Shown: piece by piece, positions 50,313 to 60,840 of the stretch | How positions within the stretch are numbered: the first letter of the stretch is position 1 | Layout: each line of letters begins with the position of its first letter | The notes under the pieces: generated by a model | Database searches by the model: none | Seen by the model: the letters and a program-made list of their open reading frames with translations, nothing else | Told to the model about the DNA's origin: nothing | Made by a program: the position numbers and the translations under genes | DNA from: Ophelia neglecta | Taxonomy: Eukaryota | Length of the DNA stretch: 64,000 bases | Direction of reading: 5' to 3' | Assembly (NCBI GenBank): GCA_965285935.1 | Contig: OZ260662.1 | Location: 24,800,001-24,864,000, forward strand

Positions 50313-51539
50313 TCAAACTTCCCGCATTTGAATGTCATTTGTGTTACTTGATTGCCAAACGTGATCTAAGACTGGCGTGCGCGTGGTTCGGGAATAATGT
50401 GTGTTGGATTGTCCTCTCTTCTGATTTGGTATTAGACAGAGGATATCAGCTACTTCCTGTCGAAACTTCCTTCCAGTGAGACAGTAGAGGAAAAAGTTGG
50501 TACTATGGTTGATGTACATAAGAATAAAGCATATTACTTTAGCCAATAGTCCGGGGGCTTTTCCATAAGTCTCGTGTTCATACCACGACCCTGGCAACAC
50601 GGAGAACAGTGTAAATGGTACTGTAAGAATGAGCCAGCTGAAAGACACAGCAAGCAGCATGTAGGTTATACGCCGCTGCGTTTCATTTTGAACGTTGCGT
50701 CCATCAACATGTCGTCCACCGCTGTTTCCGCCTTGTTTGCTAGTTGTGAAAGATTTTGAATTCCTCAGCATCGGTGAATCCTTGTTGAGTTTGATAACGA
50801 TGCCAACGTTGAAAAATAAAACTGCTGCAAATGGTATGATTGAATAAGTAGCGAACTTCAAGTAATTATAGGTATATTTATGAAAGTTATCGTTGCTGTA
50901 GGGCCCGCATTTATGATAGGTACCTGAACCGCTTTCAAATGTTTGAAGATGAAAAGTCCAAAAAAGATGAACGTTGTATCCAATAACTATTATAAAGCAC
51001 ACAGTAGTAATAACAGCAGCCCGTCGGGTTGTACAGAAAATGGCTGCTTTCAACGGAAACCAAACCGCAACAAACCTGTCAGAAGTCAGGAATACTACTA
51101 ACCACGCGGACATGTGTAGAGATATGACAAAGAAAAACATAAGCGATTTACAGGAGGCGCTGGAAACATGCAGAAATTCATACCCAAAAGCAGCTCGAAC
51201 CCATGTTTTAAGAGCACTAAAATATAACACCGCAGTGTCGGCGCAGGCCAGCAATAGTAAGTAAAAATACACAGATTTCCCTAGCATGCGCTTGCGCAAA
51301 ATAACAGCCATACTAAGGATGTTGCCAAAAGTACCAACTAATATTATAACCGGAAGCACGTACCGGATCAACGCCATTGACACATATTCGAACTGTTTTT
51401 GGCCCGGGTTTTTTTCTTGTACACTACTCCAGTTGAACGAACCGTTAGGCCCATTTGGAAACTCCTGGATAAGAGCGAGGTCCAGCGAGCTGTTGGTATT
51501 CACAAATGATTTATTCCAATTGCCAGAGGAATAAGCCAT
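50313..51539 (-). CDS. Class A GPCR, FMRFamide/peptide-receptor-like orphan (408 aa, intronless CDS), paralog 2
   Basis: Same motifs as paralog 1 (GN, LACAD, SDRFVAVWFP, NHSTNFFLYC, KFRQEV); by hand count about 27 differences over ~119 aa of TM1-ICL2. Confidence 0.95.
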   Translation of the reverse strand: MAYSSGNWNKSFVNTNSSLDLALIQEFPNGPNGSFNWSSVQEKNPGQKQFEYVSMALIRYVLPVIILVGTFGNILSMAVILRKRMLGKSVYFYLLLLACADTAVLYFSALKTWVRAAFGYEFLHVSSASCKSLMFFFVISLHMSAWLVVFLTSDRFVAVWFPLKAAIFCTTRRAAVITTVCFIIVIGYNVHLFWTFHLQTFESGSGTYHKCGPYSNDNFHKYTYNYLKFATYSIIPFAAVLFFNVGIVIKLNKDSPMLRNSKSFTTSKQGGNSGGRHVDGRNVQNETQRRITYMLLAVSFSWLILTVPFTLFSVLPGSWYEHETYGKAPGLLAKVICFILMYINHSTNFFLYCLTGRKFRQEVADILCLIPNQKRGQSNTHYSRTTRTPVLDHVWQSSNTNDIQMREV

Positions 51540-51812
51540 GTCGATATGTCCTTGCTCCAGGTGTTGATGTTCACTGTATGCACAAGCGAACGGGTGAAGA
51601 CAAGCGGCTGGTGTCCGAATGTAAGAGGAAAGATGAGGTAGCTTGAAAATGTCGTCTAGTTTTCACGCAATGGTACCTATAATGTAAAGCACTTTTGCAA
51701 CACATTGAATGCAATGCAACAGGTGTAGTAATGTTTATGCTGGCCGTCGGTGGTTTTGCACAACGTTGCTCAATGGAAAAGAGCGACTTGCAATGACGTC
51801 TCATCTGCGTGT

Positions 51813-51835
51813 CTGAAAACAAAAAGGAAGAATAC
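51813..51835 (-). promoter_or_regulatory. Splice acceptor of a 5'UTR intron of GPCR paralog 2
   Basis: Minus strand reads ttcttcctttttgttttcag|acacg, 273 nt upstream of the ATG. Confidence 0.6.
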
Positions 51836-54800
51836 TTGATTGGTGTAATGATTTTATCCACGATACCAGAAAATCGCTCATCCTACTGACTACTCAAATA
51901 GTAACATACAAAGAGGATTACGTCAACCGCAGACGCCAATATCTGCTACAGCTAAGAAAGGAAACCATCTTACTAAAATAACTAGTTCGGAGTCAAACTA
52001 AGGATGCAATGTGGTAAGCTTGTGCGCGAGCAGCCACCACTGTAGCAGTTGCCCTAAAGACCATTCTATGATGCTATATATGATTGAATATAAAGAGTCT
52101 TCATGTTTGGACAAGTAATATGCAGAAATACAAAGAGACCGACGTGCAATGTTTTCTGGAAACTTTCAATATGTCATTTCAGGAAGACAAACCTCTTGTC
52201 TCCCTAAGTTCATTTCAACAATATTTAGGTTAAACCCAGTGCTAAGGCAAATCCCTTAGGCTTCCCCTTTGACATCTAGCTCGATTTCACCAAACACGTG
52301 CAAACATCTGCCAACATGGTGAAAGTAGCGTTTTTTTGTCCGCTTTAGCCCTTGCATCGCCCAAAGACAATGATGCTTATTCTTTTGTTGCTACCTCGGA
52401 TCATATATTGATTATTCTTCGATCGTAAGGGTCTCAATGATTAAACGTTCCGAATTTTATCTTGAGCGCCTCCAAACGCGTGGCTTTCGCATGATGTACC
52501 TCAAGCTAAGAAGATCTTTTAGTCAGAGCAATTTCTTATTTCTTATCTAGCCGACTGTTATAAATAACAGTTGAACGTAGAGGTATACAAACTAACAAAT
52601 AACTGAAATCCACCATTAATGAAATTCAAGATACGAAACTCTGCGAAAATAAATGATTTTAGAACTCGATTGAAATCTCATCGCTTTTAGTCAAATATTT
52701 GATAAATATTAAACTCATGCAGCTTTTCTTTTAGGTCATTTGTTATATTTTACTTTTGCAATTATTATGTCTGTTGTCCATGCCCTTGTTTCCATACACC
52801 TTTAGTCGGCAAATGAACTTAATGTTTCTCTTTAGCCCGTATCAATCTAACTTTAAGTTCTTAGAACCCATCCTTGCGTAGTCACTTTATATCCAAATTG
52901 TCAATAAGAATAGTTCATAAGAAACAGCGTATGGGTTGTTCACTAGGATGAAGGATCGAATCTCCGTGTGGGCATATTTGAGTCAAGGGCATCGTGACAT
53001 TTTTCTATGTGCCACCAGATTAAACATGGTATTAAAACGAGATGGCATTGGTTACTTAAGGGCCTAACTAAATTGCAAACAATGGCAAGTTGTTTGGTCC
53101 CTTGACCCCAAAGATTTCTAAATTAAGGGCATTTAAGCTCAGAGGTGTACACCTTGGAATGGTGAGAACCCGGAGGTGTGACAAAGGCGTTCCCAGAAAC
53201 AAGAAATCAATTGTAATCAAAAATATGCCCATTATTAGGTTAAGCATTTATAAACTAAGGTTTATTATTCAAATAGGCAGTCTAATGTATTATCATCAAA
53301 CAATACACGTATTGAGGAATATGCATAGGGAAGCAGAACAACACCTACTTTACATAAATGTATTTCCGATACCTGTAGCTTTCTCTGTGAATACGGCTAA
53401 ATTGTTACATGTGCTATGTATTTTCTAGGTATATATGTTACATTTTCCACTTTTAATAACTCGTTAAACTTCTGCATACTAGGACGTACCACATAATGTC
53501 GCGGGATGTGCTTTGCCCTTCCTTCAAACTAGAGATAACATTCTATAACAAAAGGGTACTCGTCCTCTTACTCATAACATTCTAAACACTTCCTCCAAGT
53601 CAAGCCAAATGGTTGTTTCCTCCAGTTTCCAGATTCAACAAGGAGATCATGATTATGGATTCTAAATCTGCTTACATATTTTAGTATACCACCAACCTTT
53701 CCTGGGTACTTCAAAACCAGAAGACCAGTTGTGAGTGCGTCTGCAAATTAAGGAAATATATGATCAGTCCGACGAGTGCTATAAATTCACTGATTCGACT
53801 GTACAATATGTTTCCTACAATGGTTTTTGTCACATGTAAAATATATTTGCAATTTCGCTATGAGGTAAATTCTGACTTTATTGCATTATAAACAAACATC
53901 TAAACTGGAGGCCCCGCACAAAGAAGGCGTCATAAATGAGCCCTGTATGTTGCGTTATAAAATATAACTTGGACGAACATTTGATTGCATCAAACGAAAA
54001 TAACAAATAAATAATTAAACAAGTACATAAAAACATCCAGATAACAGTGATCTAACAGTTTTCGGAGGATTTGTGATATATCTAGAGCGCTGCGCTGCGA
54101 CCTAAACTCCACTGCTAGGAGTTATAAATCATTCAAAATACAAGAGAGTATACTAAGATTTAGGGGTAGGCCTTCAGAAGTTAACAAGCACTCTCAACTG
54201 AGCAAGCAGGCCATTAAGCCTAATTGTTTTGTGAAATAGCTGTCTAATAAATTTGGGACGAGCCGAGGAGGTTTAAATGACATATGTCATAAACGGCGGT
54301 GTCATTTCTGTGTGGTCTTACATTTCCGTTAGTGTGACCAAATGCCTTTCTCTGAAGGTACTAGGCTGCTGACGGCAAATTCAGAGTCATGTGGAGTACA
54401 TAGATACGTTGTGCATTATAGACCGGCGTTTTTTATAGACCCGGCTCTATTTTAGCGTATATTGTACTCATAGACTATCCAAGTAAGAACCGGTAACTCA
54501 AACAGTAATTGCTGCCATGATTGGAAAATCTGTCTTTAAATAAACCTCACACGAAATTGTTTTTCATGAAGGTCTACAATCTGAATATTGCTAGTGTATA
54601 TAGTTATGAAGTGAAATCACATATTTACCCATTATATCTTGTTGTAGACAAGGAATTTTAATTCAGTACTAGTACTCTGTCACTGAGTCAGCTGCTATGT
54701 GTACCTAAAATATGTATTTCCTTGTGTGTTGTAACAGTCTTTACTCCGCGAATGGAAAAGGTGACACCAAAAACGAATCGTAATTTGTTCATAAGGTCTA

Positions 54801-56357
54801 GAGAGTCTATGTAGACTGTCAATGTTTGTAATATTACTTATATACTCAAATTGTATTATTTTCTAGATTTCCTTTGTATTTTATCAAGTGATTGACAACT
54901 TTGTTTGGGCAAATATCCCACTTAGCACAATAACACAAATAAAATGTTTTAAGCAAACATTACCTAACTCCTCCCTTTAATTCGTCCCCGATAACATTAC
55001 ATCAGTTTTGTTAAGGACATGAAGTGGTGGGACGGGCATATCGTGGTCGAAGAGGGACTGCTGTGAATTAATAACTAAACGCATAAGTACTGGAAACGAA
55101 CATCTTTCAAACGTACACACTAAAAATGTTCTTTACAACACGGCTGACGCTCGAGGAATGGCGGAGTTTATCGTGAACTACACGAGCATCCTAACCATCA
55201 CAACACAATCTCCCTTTTGTAAAGTACGTGTTTCTGTTGGAGAACTTTAAAAGAAAAAGATTCTCTAGTAGATTTAAAAGATTGTCTATCTTTGACAAGA
55301 AGATGATAGATAGAAAGTTTCTGATACGTGTACCTCCCGCGACCTCATAGGAGAGCATGAGCCGCAGGAAGAGCGGCTTGATCAAGTAAATCATCTGCAT
55401 GGGGCCTGGCAGTGCTCAGTCACCAGTGTTCCATCATAAGCGGGGCTAATGTGCTGTATTCTGAGCTTATGACCACACCTGCCATACATATCAATTTTGT
55501 CCGATATGGAGAAACACGGAAAGATAGGCCCAGCACACCACGTGTCGCCCATGCTGAGAACAGAATCTCCGGGGTATTCCTTACTTCGTATAACTTCCTA
55601 TAATTAAGTGATTACACCCAATTGAACTAGCTTTGGCGTTGTCAACATGAATCGATTTTCCCCGCATTCGGTCGTCAATCGTGTAAGGCAAACTCTGAAA
55701 GCACCCTGATTCGTCGAACTTGTCACGTGGCCCAGTAATTAGATAGAGGTCATGTGCAGTGCAGTATGCCGTTTATAAGACAAAAGAAGTCAATAGTGCA
55801 TTTTAGGTATTGGTGAGAACTGCCACACGGCTTCGGACACGGGTGTTCAATTTATGAAGAGTAAGTCAAAAGTTTAGTCTTAAACTTTCAAGAATTCCAC
55901 TCCAGGTAATCACTAGCTAGCTGCATACATGCATTGCAACATTGTAATATGTAAGGCCCAACCAATAGGTGTACGTTTTACCTGAATATAATGACTGCAC
56001 TTCGACTTCGGCACAGTGTTTTTTTCCGGTATTATTGTGTTTCTGTTCCGGGTTTTACCTCTATCGTACGGCTGAGGAGCAGCTAAATATATAACTGACT
56101 ATTCTTATACCCGCCAAGTGGCTGGCAAATAAGAACAGATCTTTAAAGGCCATTAAATTGTCAACCAATATTAATTTATCTCTAAGGTTCATCTTACTGT
56201 GACACCAGACACCAGACAACCAATAGTTCATTTCATTTTCTTTTGTTATTTTTTTCATATCCTTTGAATAAATTTGTTGACTTGATCTGTGGTGATTTTC
56301 ATCAACATGTCTCACTTTGTCCCTAGATAATTTTTTTTTCAAAATTTGTATTGTAAA

Positions 56358-56495
56358 TGATGATGGAGAACATGTGTTATCCAGCTCCCTTTACTACTAC
56401 CAATTATAATGTTGCACTTTATATGTATTTTGTGTACATGTTTGTAGCCAAGTTGTGGCAATAAACACCATTTGAACTGAAATTGAAATAGAAAT
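56358..56495 (+). repeat. Retroposon 3'-tail fragment, copy 2
   Basis: Matches 43861-43995; has AATAAA followed by a tail ttgaactgaaattgaaatagaaat. Confidence 0.7.
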
Positions 56496-59400
56496 ATTTT
56501 ATAAAGTGTGGCATGTTCCTTGGCTGCTATAAGGTTCCTGCCATTATTACCAAATTAGCATCCGCTTTCGTTGAAAGAATCTGAATAGAAAAGCAGTTCA
56601 TAGTTGATTCCTTTTACTGTTTCTTCCAGTTGTGTTTTATATTTAGTCATTCCACCTATGACAGTTCCGTGCATATATAAGAACAACGTTAATGATGACA
56701 AGGCAACGGAACTTCTAGAAAGCTATGTCGGTTGTTACCTGGATTTCAGCTCGAACAGATGTATTTACTCGTTGGCCTCGGTAAGTCGAGGTTCCTTTCT
56801 GATACAAAAACTTGCCTCGTCACCAGAGCTATAGTTCACATATCTCACAAGGCCCTTACGCCGGACTATTTCTCGGGAGTATCCAGCGATCGCCCATTTG
56901 GCCGAGTGTAGGTATTTTTTACCCGGATCGGAAGAACACAGGCAATTTTTGTTTAAAATCCCATTCGTCAACTGTCTTTGATATTCTAGCCGATTTGAGT
57001 GATGATTCTGTTGCGCAGATCGGATTTAGCCAAAGAGGGAAAAACAATGAGCACCTGCGATGGCAGCTTCGATGTGGTGCGTGTTTGCTGGAGGTGGGGG
57101 TGTGGTAACCGAACCTTTTTTTGACAGATCCGTCGCTACGAAATTCAATGCAAATTGCATTCGGGAACTCATATTAAATTTGCTCCAAATAAAATTCCCA
57201 ATTCGCAAAAAGTCGGAAAACGAATGAATCTGATTGGCAAGCCTCGTTTACAATTTATCAAGTACATTCATATAGACAGCCTATGAGTCGAATTTTAAAC
57301 ATAAATACGGATTTGTAACGGTTGCACACTGGTCACAACTCGGAGATTATACAGGGCGTTAGGAATGTAACCTGCAGCCCGACACATGCAGCATTGCAAA
57401 TCGTATGCATTGTAGATCTGAAGTCAGGCTTGACCAAGGATACCAGATAATGACTGGCTGCATTCATGTATGGTAACACTGTTTTCTACTGATAAACTGG
57501 CTAACACAGGATGTAAATGACTATTGGTGAATTTGTGATGCACGAGTAGGTATAGGGTAATTGGAACGTTAAAAATCCAGAACACTCATTGGCCATTTCC
57601 GGTTAAATTATTATTGGGGTCCACAGACCTTCAAAATATGTGTTATTTTCTAACTGACTCATTACTGTGTGTCTGTGCACCTCTGCCAACACAATACCGC
57701 TCTTATTAAACCAAAAACTGATCATGTGTAAGAGTCATTCGACTTTAACTCTCCCCCTTGGATACATCCCACCCACAGTCCGCCATATAATGAGGACATT
57801 ACAAAGGGATATTTAGCAGTGTCACGTTTGTCATAAATGGCATAAACGCTCTAGACTACCGCTCGCCCATAATGGACCGTTCATTATTAACTGCAGGGGG
57901 GGGGGGGGGGGGCGAAAAAAGGAATACACATTTTTATATGACATTTTAAGAGGCAGCAAAATCATCACAGACGCTGGAAAAATATTTAATGCATAGCATA
58001 TGTTGGGGAGGGGTGGGGGTCGGAAGAGTAAGGGAGAACACACTTTGCAGACGCAATTGATAATTAACGAATACTAATATACTATTGTGGGAGGACGTGC
58101 TGCAGTATGACTCGTCAATGGCCAAGCAGATACGACGCAAACAATAATTGGTTTAAGTAGTTACCCAACTACAACCAATAACCAATAATGTTAGGTTACG
58201 TTCAACACTCACATGACGTTTCTAGATACAGGCTTAGAAATTGGCACTGAAACATGCTCGTATTAGAAGTAGCAATATTTAATGTCATGTGGCCAACTGG
58301 CGATGTCTAAGATTATGACTCGGGACTTACATTAGGATTATTATTATTAGTATTGTAGTTTTTAGATTATCAGTATTTTTGGGATGCTTGATATGTTTGT
58401 GTTAACGTATTGTCTGGATGTTTATGGCAAAATTTTTCTATTCCTTATTGACTAACGTTTTACCATTGACCGATACATGACGCACTGCTTGATATACGGG
58501 TTTTGTAAAATATGTTTTCAAATTAAAAGCTTAATGGTCCGTAGTGCGAATAGACATCTAGATGTTTCCTAAACTTACTTGTACTACTCATATACACCTA
58601 GGCTGGGGCCAACGTTTAAAGCCCCCCCCCCCCCCCACCCCCCTCCTCCAAACACACAAACACACACACTTATCACAACATAATTTAATGATGGCTTAAT
58701 CATCCCATCCTTAGCCTTCACCTTTATCCTTACCAAACATGCTCTACCCAATTTCCAGACTGCACAAGGAGGCACTCCTTTAGAGTGCGAACCAACCTCC
58801 CACTACATATGAGACCCACATCGCCTGTACTTAAACCACAGTGCCTATTGAGTGTGGCGTCTTTTACTTCAATGGAATACTTTTAAACCTCGGTTACACT
58901 TTAGTGAAAAGACCAAAGTGCTTTTTTTGAAAACCTGATGAACTTGAAAACCTGAACAATCATTACAAACAGTCGATATGGACTTATCGCTGCATCGTAA
59001 TCTCTCGCAAAAAAACGGGGCACGTTTAATTGTTACGGCATGTTATATTCGGGATAACCGAATTACTGTTGGAAGCCCCAATGGGAAGTTGTCTTGTGTG
59101 ATGCAACACTGAAACAGCTTATACTTTTATCACAAGACAACTATTCCGCCCATCTATGGGCGGCGTCATTTGATTACAATATAATTTGTCTCGATGCTAC
59201 TGCTCAGGTTTTTAAACAGTGCAAAAGGTGCATTCGGATGGCGGTCAGGATAGAACATGAAATGTTTGAGCATTATCTTTTGTGAATCCACTCCATCATC
59301 CATATTAATAAATAAATGGAAATGTGATTCAGCTACGTTGTCTACTTGTCTCTACGCCTGAACTGCAGTGACTTGGCAAGTCCATTGTCGGAATAAAAGC

Positions 59401-59940
59401 AACTCTTTGACCCAGCTTACTCCACCTGTGCTCTGAGTGCACACGTAACCTGCCGAAAATCTTTGGAAACGCATTTATACTGTATGTTAAAAGCCAAAGT
59501 GAAAATGTGTCAACAAGTTGAGCGCTTCCTTTATTCTCTTGTCAACTCAACAAGGTCACTCAGTTTTTCTGCCACGCAGACCAGCAAACTTTATCCCTGA
59601 AACCTGATCGCTTATGTGGAGTATATTTTCTAATACTATGTTTTAATATTAATTTTAAATAATTTAATATGTTGAACCAGTGGTTTAAGACAGATAAGCT
59701 CCGCATTACTGTGGGTTAAGTGGAAGCTCGGGGCTTCAGGACGCGCGCTGGGCTAGTGCCCCTTGTGTATCACCTATGCCCCTCGACTTCCAGATAGACA
59801 AAAAATCGACAGTTATCTATTACATGGTTGTGTGGGACTGTTACCTTGCGTTTCTTGTTATTGAATCAAGAAATGCACCTTCATTATGTTTTCCTTTTCA
59901 TAAACTTCGACCCTGTTATTAATACCGTTGTTCGACGGTC

Positions 59941-60077
59941 ATTTCGCATGACGATAACCCACAACTGTTGCAGCCATTTCGCATGACGGTAACCTACTAC
60001 TGTTGCAGCCATTTCGCATGACAGGAACCTTCAACTGTTGCAGCCATTTCGCATGACGGTAACCGACAACTGTTGCA
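59941..60077. repeat. Minisatellite, 35-bp unit x ~3.9
   Basis: atttcgcatgac-N12-ctgttgcagcc units start at 59941, 59976, 60011 and 60046. Confidence 0.95.
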
Positions 60078-60384
60078 CAACTGTGCTTCACTGTCATGTG
60101 TTGTATCGTTTGCTGCATGTGTGGTTTCGATGCCAACCGCCACATTAAAAACCCATAACGCCGAGTCACACTGCTAATACCGATGAGATAAGATTTTATT
60201 TTGTAAATTGTAAGACGCAATATTGTTTATGTTGGCAATGAATCACCGATCCAAATAAACAAATTAAGCCTACGTCAGACATCAGGAAAATATAATGTAG
60301 AATATCTAACATCACATCTATTTAGCATCCTAGGCACGTCCCATCCAAAATCTTATTCTCTTAGCGACTTTGGACTAGAATTTA

Positions 60385-60840
60385 TTTGCTACGTGTGACT
60401 GTTAATTGTGACACACTGAAATCTATCAGATAAGTAAGAGAGAAACCACTCGAGTGCAGTGCCGGTGATACCAAGCCTCCGTTGCAGGCGGCCAAACTGA
60501 ACTGAATGTTCGACGGTATCAAAGGCTGCCGATAAATCAGGCAGGACCAGAAAAACGCAAGAGCGCTGATCAAGTGCCCCTAGGATGTCATCCTGAACTT
60601 TCAAGAGCGCTGTTTCAACACTGTGTTCCTGTTTGTATGCCGATTGTTAATATTCATGCAAATCATTGTCTGCCATATGGTTGAGTAACCGAGCAGCAAC
60701 CACTCTGTCCACTATCTTGTGCAAGAATGTGAGGTTTGAGACTGGTCTGTAGTTGCCCAGGTTTTCCCTATTCGAACCAGTTTTCTTAAGCAATGGCTTG
60801 ACAACCGTCTTCTTCAGCAAATGTGGAAAAATTCCTGTGC
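60385..60840 (-). mobile_element. Decayed L2/CR1-superfamily LINE RT fragment
   Basis: Minus strand reads VKPLLKK, NYRPVSNLTFL, EY*QSAYKQEHSVETALLKVQDDIL, DLSAAFDTVEH and, after a frameshift, GITGTALEWFLSYLSDRFQCV. Confidence 0.9.

Noticed and set aside
59941-60077. CRISPR-like repeat/spacer appearance
   Set aside because: The 'spacers' are only 12 bp and clearly related to each other; eukaryotic context and no cas genes. It is a minisatellite.
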